DNA of 64,000 nucleotides from Gekko japonicus (taxonomy: Eukaryota): positions 62,211 through 126,210 of the forward strand of contig NW_015172034.1 of assembly GCF_001447785.1 (NCBI RefSeq). The letters are read 5' to 3'. The translations under genes were made by a program, and so were the position numbers. Below, one piece after another: positions 24,632-35,900 of the stretch. How positions within the stretch are numbered: position 1 is the stretch's first letter; each line of letters opens with the position of its first letter. The notes beneath the pieces are model-generated. The model ran no database searches. It saw only the letters and a list, made by a program, of their open reading frames with translations, and was not told the origin of the DNA.

Positions 24632-24695
24632 TAGGTCCCTTCAATGAGACACGCAGCCAAGGATCACAGCTGCATCTGGAATGAGAAAAAAATAA

Positions 24696-25265
24696 CTTCA
24701 GATACATCTAGAATGTGAGTCCATCTGTCCTTATATATTGGAGAGTGAAGTGATTTCAGATGCCAAATGACAATAGAATGCATTGGTAATGAGAGAAGAA
24801 ACCTAGGTCTCAATTCAGTCCAGGAGGATGGATTGTCTTGAGCTTCATTATCAGTTGCAATTCAGTAGTCTCTCTTTCTAATCTCCTTTTGAAATGCCTT
24901 TGTAAGAGAACTGGTACTCTTAAGTCAGCAACTGAATGTCCTGGAAGGTTAAAATATCCCCCCACTGGTTTTTGAATGTTGTGGTTTCTACTAGTAGTAG
25001 AAAGAGTAAAAGTCCAGGAGCACCTTAAAGACTAACAAAATTTATGGTAGGGTATGTGCTTTTGTGAGTCTGTGCTCACTTCTTCAGACTTATTTCCATT
25101 TATTCCTTGCATCTTCTTGGACTGAATCCTCCTGCATCAAATTGAGACCTAGGTTTTCTGTTTCATTACCAATGCTGATATCGCCACACCTACTATCCCT
25201 CTGCATATCACACCTAACCCAATCATGCCTACTATTGCCATTTGACATCTGAAATTATCTTTTTA
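24696..25265 (-). mobile_element. Penelope-like element fragment (GIY-YIG C-terminus plus rearranged pLTR)
   Basis: Minus strand reads QKPVGGYFNLPGHSVADLRV...LERETTELQLIMKLKTIHPPGLN; pLTR at about 24995-25088; inverted partial copy at about 25140-25260. Confidence 0.8.
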
Positions 25266-26083
25266 AAGTTTATATCTCCAGTACCTCATATTACATTTTT
25301 GGCACATATGGCCTGGCCCAACAAAGTGACATTTATGTCAGATCTGGCCCTCGTAACAAATAAGTTTGACACCTCTGTTCTACACCTTGGAACAGTAAAG
25401 TCAAGTTATAATGTCTGGTTGTTCTTAGCCAATATTCATATGTTAATTTGTATCAGAACTGGAAATCACCAATATTCTCCAGTGCATACTGACAATTATT
25501 CAAATTAACAATCTAAGCAAGAAAAATAATTGAAAATGAGTAATAAAGTTTAACAGTTTATAATTTCTGACATTAACATACATGTACAGTAATGAAATAA
25601 AGAAAATGCAAAGTGGCCTGCAAAACTTTCAGCATGTGTACTGACAACAAATGGCAGATGTCAGAGCAGAAAGGAAAATTCCTTGCTCGTTTTGGGCTAT
25701 CCACCACCAGCATTGTCCCAGTCTGCATCTGTTATACACACAAGTCTCTTTTCCAAAAAGAGAAGTTAGCAAAGCAATTGTCAGTAACAGGATTTTAAAA
25801 AGGGGGCCATCACACAGGAAAAGGAGTTGTGCTTGCCTGCCTCTTTTTACTTAAATCAAAAACCAACATTGCTCAAGCTCTTTTACTCTAAAGAGCGTGG
25901 AGAGTTCCGGAAAGCACATCATGACACACCAGGTACCTTTATGTATATTACTGTCAGCCCCCAAAAGCAGCAAATCACATAACATTGATTTTTTTCTTTT
26001 TTGACTGTCAGTGATCTAAACTGTAATCTAAACTGTTGTTCACCACTTACAGAAGTATCTTCTCCACCCCCGAAACCACATAC

Positions 26084-26336
26084 CTTTACACAAGCTCCCA
26101 TGCCCTGAAAGACAATAGGGGAGTGCCCATTCCAAAGCACCTTTCTGTTCAGCACACAAAATCTAGGCAAGCATCAGGAAGTGATGAATGCCAGGTCATC
26201 ATGAAGGAAAGCAGTTTGGGAATCCACAATAAAGGTTCACAGCTAGGGAATCAAGCATGCCAAAGGGTCTCCCATCCCAAAGAGTGGCAGTCTGCACAGT
26301 CACATCACGAAACCCTAGGTTTGTCGGCACATCCTC
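26084..26336 (-). other. AREL1: Candidate non-coding 5' UTR exon of AREL1
   Basis: Strong acceptor ttcttgtttttcatttcag at 26337; donors AAG|GTATGT (exon end 26084) or TCT|GTAAGT (26051); unique, non-repeat sequence. Confidence 0.55.
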
Positions 26337-29313
26337 CTGAAATGAAAAACAAGAAATTACCATAATTACATTTATGAAATGATCAAATGTCTAGTCAAAC
26401 AGATGAAAGACAACATTCTTACTACTACATTTTACACAAGAGTCACATTAGCCATAGACATTCTGATGGAAGGACACAACATAGAAAGAATCACAAAATA
26501 TCCCAATACTCAAATTAAGGAAAAGTACACCACCAACCATGCCTACAAAAGCATATCAATGAATATTAAGCAAGGATTGGTGCAGTCTCTTATCTTCTGT
26601 GCTGAAGTACCATGTCCCCTTCCTCTGCAATGTCTACAGTTTTGTTATTCTTCCTTTACTCACTAAAAGTTTCCAAATTCCTCAGGTCCATTTGAAAAAA
26701 ATAGAGAAAATTTGCTCCAAAGACCTTTAATGTGTGCTTCACAGAAGCCCCATTGCCAAGTGTCTCTTTCTCCTATACATACTAGGGAAAACACAATGTG
26801 CTCATGCACTTCTTCCTTTACTATCTGGGGATTCCAGATAGACAATATTTGCCTATTGCTCAGCTAGCTATTTGATTAGACACATTTTCTAGTTATAAAA
26901 GACTTTCTGACAAGCAGTCTGGAAAGGTGGCTCAGAGCTTCCGCTCTTAATTGACTGGCTGTATTTGGAAAATTAATGGGACTGCAGACTCAAACAACAA
27001 CTTGTGATACAAATTTGGAACAGATTCTACAAATCTTTCTTAATAAATATTACTAAGGAGCAACTTATAAATGTGCAATGGTGTAAGATGCTGGACAGAG
27101 GAATGATGGAAACTACATCCTCACCCCTTTGCACATGCCTCAACTGGCTTTCATGGAAAACACTCAGAAGGCTACTGATGTTCCCAAACGGGCTAGGAAC
27201 TCTTCCAAGATGGATGGAGTGGTGATGGTACATCTAGACCTCAAGCCTAACTGGGATGGAGTATACACAATTTTCGCTCAACTCCCTATAGTCAGTACAA
27301 AAAAATAAAATCCTTTTTCTCTGTCTGGAACTGGATCCATCACTGATACCGTACTAGGTGGAGATAAGGAGGATTTTCACTGAGGAAAGAAACAGTGGCA
27401 GACTACTCCATCCAAAACTAACCTTCCCGATTTTTCTCTTCACCCTTTCCAATTGTTCTTTAGTTAATATATGCATGCCAGTCTCAGCTACAAGTTTGGT
27501 TTCAGAGTACTGGAGTGTAGAAGTACAGGGATCAATTCCTTACAGGTTTTAACCAGGCTTCAAAATTCCCTACCATCCATATATATTCTATCCGTTAGTA
27601 GGCAACCCTCCCACAGCATACAAAATTACCCATATATTGGGGTGTTCAGAAACAGGATATGGATGATGAAATGCCTAAACTTGTGCTGCTCAAACTTTCA
27701 GTAAATGATTGCAATAATTACAAAAATAGCAAACTACTTAAGTGTAATTTTGCAGTGCAGGTTAAAGCCAACTTAAGTGTTATAACCAAAGTGTAATTTT
27801 GCAGTGCAGGTTAAAGCCAGGGACAAAGAACCAAAGTATATTGCCCCACTGGAATGCATCTTATATCTTTACAAGTGGGGGACCCGCGATACTCGTCCCA
27901 CTGGAATGCATCTTATATCTTTATGAAGGTGCTTACGAGCCTTGAGATGCTTATAAATGCTACTCAACAATTCTGAAGTTTTACTTTCTAAGGAGCTTTC
28001 AAACAATCAAATACAAACACAGAACTACCCTAGTCATCCAACTTAACTCCTGTGAGAGACAAAAGGGATCTCTTATCTACCAGCTGGCCTACCATTAGCA
28101 TCTTCCATAAATGACAGAGATATCTTCTGATTAAATTTTGTACCTGAAAGAAACCTGACATCCTTCCTACTATCTGTGACTATTCTTCAGTGCACTATTT
28201 CAAAATTCTCCTTGCCTGAAAGCATGTCTCACTCTGTAAGTAAATTTAACTCTGATTTCATTTGCTTTATGTGAAATGACAGGCAAGATGACAGACTAGA
28301 CAGACAGAAAACAGCAGAAGAGTTATCACATTCAAAGCTTGCTCCTTTGTGCCACATAACCTGAGACCAGACAGCAAACATATTTAGGGCACAGAGGATC
28401 AAGCTATTTTGCATATTTAGCTACTTCCAAACATACAATGCAATTCATTATCAGATTAGAGAGGGAATTTGGCATTAAATTGATTACAATAACACAGAAA
28501 CTAAGGGTGAAACACTACATTACATGTAAATTCTTGTTTTAAAAAAACATGGAAAAATAAACTAACAGGTTACATACTTTGGGGCTGGAATTTAAATGGG
28601 AAAATTTATAGGAGCAACTATTTAACTCTTTGCCCTTGCACACTTTTTCTGCTGAAAATTTCCACCACCCCCAAGCTGAATTCAGGCCTGCCTGGGAAAT
28701 CTTATGGATTATTCTGCCCTAATAAAAAAATCAAGAAGTGCTGGCTGAAAAAGCTTATGCTCTAAGGAAAAGAGACACTGTAACCCTCTGTTTCTGACTC
28801 CAAGACACATTTGATTTATAACTCGTGCTTTCTTCAGAATAATTTGGAGATCCTTCTGATGCCCTAAATAGAGCATGATCTGATTTACCATGTTTATTCT
28901 GGTTTATGTTTAATAGACAAAGTTTCAAAACTATTTCATACTAGTTTTATGTTTTCATAGCATCAAATGCTTGACCTGAAGTATTTGAACAGAAAAAAAC
29001 AAAATCAAACATGGTTTAAATGTTATATTCAAGCAAATTCAAATGTTTGTGGAAATTATTTTATTGGGCTAATACTTACGAACAGCTAATGGCAATATCA
29101 CATTTAGTGTCCTTGTATCTTTAAAAGTAAGAAAAAAACTGAAGGCATTGAAAACTGTTGACATACTAATCTCAGCACACCCAAAGAACTGTGCATGATA
29201 TGCTCTGGACATGACTGGTCACCCATCTGCTTCAACAAAATGGAATTTTCTTCCATGGAGGTCACAGGAACACTTCAGTTTCACTGTCACCTTCTGCACT
29301 ATCTCTTGCATTA

Positions 29314-29442
29314 GAAGAAGAGACTGGATTTATACTCCACCCTTCACTACCCGGAGAAGTCTCAGAGCGGCTTACAATCTCCTTTCCCTTCCCTTCCCCT
29401 CCCCACAACAGACACCCTATGAGGTAGGTGGGGCTGAGATAG
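29314..29442 (-). mobile_element. Squam3-like SINE, 3' part
   Basis: Nearly identical to 51490-51620. Confidence 0.8.
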
Positions 29443-31949
29443 CTCTTGTTAGTTAATTGTTAGTTCCATACCAGATTTACTTTAACTATATTTCAAACTT
29501 CCCCAGCTCAGGAAAAGAAATAAGATATTGTATTTATTTTAAGTGAAACAAAAAACAGACAGTTTTGGTTTTGCTCTCATTTGTAGTCAGAGATGAAATA
29601 AGAATTTTACTTCTGGTTCTGACTTAAAGCCAGATGAATTCATAACTTGAGTTTTAATTTTTTTTTATTGTATGTCCTTGTGGTTTTATTCCCACCCCAT
29701 TTTCAAAACAACAACACACATGCACTTGCTCATGCAATTCCTAAGGATAATCATGATAAAAACATGCATTACAGCTTTAAAACTACCAAGCTTGTCTAAT
29801 ATTGTGTTAGCAACAGCATCTATTCAGTGTTATCATTGTAACCACACACTTGCAGAGAGAGATGGGTGAAAAGGCTCTATATAGTGATTAATTTTACTAC
29901 ACAAAGCATCTTTAGAAATGGAAAATTTTCTGCTGATAAATTAAGCAGTGGAAAATTTCTGCCCCGTGTCTGTGCTTAACTCCAAGCTAAACTCTAGGAA
30001 GATATGAATGGGCAAGTAGCATTGGACAGATGCAACACTCAAAGTGCTAGCAGGGGCAGGACTGTTGTGCAAGCAACTCCAAAAGCCAGTTCTTTGACAG
30101 ACATATTATCATCGTAGACAGTCATATTATCAGATGCTAGAGGTTGTGCAGGGACATCCTTCCTGATCTTCTTGCACCTCTGACTGCCATACAGATAAGT
30201 GAACATACTTTTACTTCTAGAGTTAACTGCAATCCAACTTCAAGCAATTTTATGTCCACACTTTGTGGATACATTAAGGGTAGCATGTTCAAACTGCTGT
30301 TGATGCAGAAACAGAGACACTGGAATGCAAGTAGAATTGAAGCCCGCCATTCCAATAGGACTTCTCCAAGGTGTCAGGTGGTGCTTCTTCCATATTTCCT
30401 ACTGTCTGGTAATCACTGACAGAAATACAATTATGGTAGCCTGCAGTAACACCAACTTTTATCCTTCCCCCCAAACTGCAGAAACTATATTTCCATTGTG
30501 CTTTAATGTCAACTAGGAACCAAGCTAAGGAATAGTGATTAACAGCAATTCACCAACAGCTGTGTAAAAAAAGCTTTATTGGCACACTGAACAGTTTGCT
30601 GCTGCTTATGTAGTTAGAACACAGACTACAAACAAAGCAGAAATATCTTTCAGCAGGCTTAGCCAGCAAATGCGAAAGAACATGAGTGTGCATTAAATGT
30701 AAATTCATAACCTACAGCTGACACGATGTTACACAACTGAGTCAATACAAGTGGCAAAGGCCAGGTCCCTGTGTCACATCAACTGTCATCGTGACAATGA
30801 ACAATCCTTAAAAGAAACCCCAAAACCTATCATTCAGGCAGTCCAGTAGCACCTTAAAGATTAACAAAATTTATTCCACCTTGTCCATGATACAATGAAT
30901 GTGCACACATCTGCCTCATAATATATGCTTAGTAATTAGCTTTCTGCTGTGCTGGCACATGGTAAAATTGCTCATATATATGAGCAACCAGACTAAATAC
31001 AATTGGGGCTCTGCTGGTCTTGCTAAAACGAGACCAAGACCCTCAAGCTGCCAGTGGTAGTTAACACACAGGATTGCTCCTCACAAGTTAATTTTAAAAA
31101 GAACAGAAGAATTTTCACTAATCTGCTTTCACAGTAGTCACTGTAGGGCAAGAATAGGAAAAACTAATATAACACGCTTACAAGTCCAGAAACAGTTTTA
31201 ACCCACATACTGGAATTGGCAATGTATGTTTTTAGAGAGTTTTGTAAGATTTCACTGCTTAGAGACGATTTTTACAAATGAGTGGCTCTGTTGTAGTCTC
31301 AGCCCATAGTTCAAGACAACCCTGTATATAAGAATATCTGCAAATAAGAACCATGTAACCTATCTCTCCCTGCAACTTATATGCGAGCCTTACCATCAGA
31401 TGCCCTTTATACAAAAGAAGAGAAATATAGCACAAATTTCACAACAATGGATTTCATACCATTTCATACCAAAGTATTTCATACCATGATCTAAAACATT
31501 CCACTGTGTATTTCAAACAACTCCAAATTACTTAATGGTGAGGGGGAGACACTGCAAAGGTGCCTGGGCCAGACTGTTCATACCCAACAACAAAAAGACA
31601 TCACTAGCTTATTATACTGGGCAAATCTGACAACATCTCAAGCAACAGAAAGCTCATATCAAAAACAAAGTATGTAAAGCAAGGTGGGGAAAAGATTTTC
31701 CCCCAAGTTGGATTCTTCTAGAACAACACTCTATTCAGGACTGAGCACTACCAGAGCAATGAAAAACAATGAAGTGCCTCACTGCAGCAGAACATGCAGG
31801 ACACAGACAATGCAGAAGCGACCGCAGGAAGGCTTACAAGAACAGGGTCAACAAAGATTCCCGTGTGAAAAAGATCATTCACTCCTGGGGGGGGGGGCAA
31901 CATTTCGTCACATTCAAAACACTGCAACTGCCAACTTGACTTTCAGGAC

Positions 31950-32900
31950 TGATTTAAGCGGCGGGAGACGGACGAGACACTCCCCCCCACCTGCCTGTTA
32001 ACATATACAGAGCCATGGAGCGACGAGGAACAGGCACCAATGAAGAGAAGCCCTTCTTGTTACCCTCCCCGCCATTCTCCTTCGCCTGCCAGTTGTCCAG
32101 TGGAGGGGGGTGTGGCGGAAAAAAAAGGAAGCAGCCCACAAATCAAGGGGCTTCTGCAGCCTACATAATCCCCCCCCCGGGGGGAGGAACAAACTTCACC
32201 TTGCTCTGCCAGTTAGCAGGATGGAAACACTGGGAGGAAACCCACCAGGAGGCCTCACTCTGCTGCTGGGGGCTAAGACCACCCAGCCCCACAGAACTCG
32301 GACGCGTCCCTTTCGTCAAGGCGGCGGAAGGAAAGAGGGAATGCCCAAGGGCGCCGCCCCCATTCCCAGCGGCAGGCGTCTCTTTGCCCCGACTCCAAGC
32401 TGGGCCCCCCCTTCTCTTCTCTCTGGAAGCGAAGACAAGGCAGCAGCGACGGGGCTAATAGCTCTCTAACGGTCTCGCGGCTCGCGCACTGTCCAGGTCC
32501 CAGACTCCAGCCACTCTCCTTCCCTCCCCGGTAGCCGGAAGTGACGTGTGAACGAGCGTACCGGAAGCAGCCCAACAAAAAGTGAGAAGGTACGGTGGAG
32601 GCTCGTGCGAAAGCTGAAGAGGCTACAAGATGGTGAGTAGCGAGTTTGTCGTGGGGCGGTGGCCGATCCTGCTTATGCAGGCGATAGAGGTTCTTCCCAA
32701 ATATATGCGTGTGGAGAAATACAGAGCGTAATTCTCCGTGGAGTAGTTGCAGTCTTTAATGGCCGGGGTTTTATTTTGTGTGTTTCTGGAATGTCTTGTT
32801 AAATTTTTGACAATGCTGTGCGGTTTTATGATGATTGCCTTGATGAGAGACGGGGGGAGCAGGTTTTCTGGACTGGCGGCATCTGCATTTTTGAAATAAA
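31950..32900. promoter_or_regulatory. CpG-island bidirectional promoter of AREL1 and FCF1
   Basis: CpG-rich; CCGGAAGTGACGT (ETS+CRE) at 32535-32547, second CCGGAAG at 32561, YY1-like CAAGATGG over the FCF1 ATG; genes diverge from here. Confidence 0.85.
32630..32632 (+). CDS. FCF1: FCF1 exon 1 coding part (ATG only)
   Basis: aagATG|gtgagt; next exon begins GGG AAA CAG with no Met. Confidence 0.9.
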
Positions 32901-35900
32901 TAAGCCCATTGACGGGAGTCGCTCTGTAAAGGATTGATCTGAGCAACATCGCGGCCCTGGTGAATCAGACCAACAGTTGTGTAGTTCAGCATCTTGTTTT
33001 TGCGTGCTCCGAGATTGCCAATAAACAGAGTTAAAGAGGCCCAAACCTCACCCTGTTGTAGTCTCAGTTCTCCTGGTTCCTGGCATTCAAAGATATGTTG
33101 TCTTGAACACGGAGGTTCCATTCGTCTATAATGGCTAGTAGCCATTTATGGGCCTGTAACAATCCACCCCCGTACCCAAGAGGTAATGGGGGATTAGCCA
33201 AATTGCTCCCTATTTCCTTATAACTCTGTCTCGCTGCTTGCACAGTGTCCAGACTCCAGTGTGGGTTCTAATCTGGGAGAGTTCTCTTAGAGCTGTTCTC
33301 TCTCAAGCAGTCCTCGAAAGAGCTCTCTCAGCCCCATCTACCTCACAGGATGTCTCTTGTGGGGAAGGGAAGGGAAAGGAGATTTTAAACCACTCTGAGA
33401 TTCCTTTGGGTAGTGAAGGGTGGGATATAAATCCAATATCTTCTTTTGCTTTTCTTCTATCATATGGGGTAGTTCCTTTGCCACTGCTTAAGCCTGTCTA
33501 CCTTTCCTTGGTTATCAGTGGTTTGAAGCACTGACAGTGGTGTCCTACCTGTACATGCCCTTGCCATTGTGGACTGCCCTTCCCCATGCCCTACTAACCC
33601 ATTAGCCTGGTCAGGTGTTTAGTCTATGTGTGTTTGAATGGGCAGGTGCTTGGATTAGAGCTCCTAGTCACAGTCCGAGATCTTTAGAAAGAAAAAAGGT
33701 CTTCATTTGCTAACATACACCTCTAGTTTATAGAGCGCAAGAGGATAGGAAGCTAGTGTCAGAACATTAGCAGGAATGTTACAGAAGTTAACATACAAGA
33801 AACAAAACTAAGGGCCAACTAAGTTGTACAAGTCACTGGGTTTACCTTGACATTCCTTTCTGTGGGGTGGACACCAACTAAGCTGGAACTTTGAAACATA
33901 GAGGCTGGCTGATGCAAAATTCACTCCAGTTCTCCTTAGTCCTTGGCTTGTGTGCCTCCGCAACATGTGCTAAACATTATAACCATTTCTTACTAGCTTT
34001 GAACTCTTCTGAAATTGGGTTTGAGTTCCCATGTGTGCTGCCTTGCACCTTTACCCAACCATAATAAAGTGCAAAGTCATCAACTTTTTATTACCCTAAC
34101 TCAGGATATTCTGTCTTGCTCTTTTCTGGCAGGCAGGCAAATTGTTATCTCTATCCTGCCCATTTGTTTCCATAAAGGGTAACCATCTCCTTTCAGCCTG
34201 AAATCTGAGGAGGTTATGGCTCTGTTCCCAGGGTGACTTATCTGTAGGCTAGTGTCTCTTATGTTCTTGTCACAACAGGGACTATCTTCCACAAACTGGG
34301 TACGGTGGCCAACTTTGTAAGGCTTGCTGTTCTGGGCTGGTTACAAATTATTGGGCAGTCAGGTTGTGGTCTAACAATGAGAGGAAGGAAAAGGGAGAAT
34401 AATGAGGCACTTATTTGCCTCATTTCAGTCAGTATAAGCAATTTTGCCCTCCTTCCCCTTTATGTACTTTATTATGTTATTTATAGTCTGCCTTTCTCAC
34501 AGGCACTCCTGGCCGATTACACAAAATGAATCAGTACAGTTAAGAAAATGTGACATTCAGTAACCAATGTATTAGGATTTTAGCAGTCTGGAACTACTAG
34601 AAAGAACTGAAGCATAGCATAAGTATTAAGCGATAGAAAAATTACATAATAGCAACCTACTGACAATAAGTGATACAAAGCAGTATAGACCACATTCTCT
34701 CATCATTTATCCAAGAAAGTTTGTGAACCATTTTGTACCGTTTCACTCTGTTTCACTGTATCTGAAGATGTAAGCTTGCACACAAAAGCTTATACCTTGA
34801 ATAAAACTGTTGGTCTTAAAGGTGCCACTGGACTCAGACTTTGTTCTACTGCTTCAGACCAACATGGCTACCAACCTGGATCCATTTTGCATGGCGTAAC
34901 CCCATTAACTGTGCAGAAAAGTCCTCTTGAATAATTCAGTTTTGTACAGTTTGCAGAAAGCCAACTATCATATTTGAAATCTACTACATAAGAAGCTGTC
35001 AAGGGAAACAAGTCTTGCCCACTGACTTCATATTCTTGGGTGGTTCAGCTGACAGGTAGAGAAGTCAGTTCCTAGGGCAAGGTATTAATGAGCCCTTGCA
35101 GCATTAGAAGGAAGCAATTCTGTTCACATATGGTGGTAATCTTGTGGTTGTGATGTGCTGGAACAGAGTCATAGTCAGTGTGATGTTGAACATTTGGGCT
35201 TGGAGTGGGAAATCCCCACTCAATCCAAAACTCAGTGAGCAATATTGGGACAATCACTATTTAATTCTAACCTGCCTCATGGGACTGTTATAAGGATTAA
35301 AATGGTGGAGGGGAGAACCATGTATTTCATCCTGAACTTTTAACAAGAAAGGGCATAAGAGACTGACTTGGTAGTGGAATGGCTTACACTACAGCCTAAT
35401 TTGAGTGAAAATTTGTTGAAGCTTCAGTCCAGTTATTTGTTTTAATTACTAGGGACATGATAACAGTGAACAGCATAACAAAGTTTGAATTCAGTGGCAT
35501 CTTTAAGACCAACAAAGCTTTATTCAAGGCATGAGCTTTCGTGTGTACACACACTTCATCAGATACTATGAAATGGCAATTACTAGTCATTACATCATGT
35601 GTGGAGTGTTTTTCTGTCGTTGGTGAGTAACCATAAATAACATGCCTGATCTACAAGTAGGCTTGAGTTTTTTAAGTCTTTCATAGTAGAAATCAAGCAG
35701 TACCCCATGGTATTTCTACAGAATAATTACCTATTATTAATGTATCCTTTTCAGGGGAAACAGAAGAAAGCAAGAAAATATGCTACTATGAAACGCATGA
35801 TCAGCCTCCGTGACCAGCGCCTGTGAGTATCTTGAAGTTATTGAGTGGTGACTGACAGCTGCTGAGTTTTGAGATAAGACTACTGTCTTTAATGGATATT

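Noticed and set aside
24641-24643. In-frame TGA as selenocysteine or readthrough codon
   Set aside because: No SECIS recognised and no open upstream frame with a start codon could be established
27740-27922. CRISPR-like repeat-spacer pattern
   Set aside because: Only two copies per unit, vertebrate intron, no cas genes
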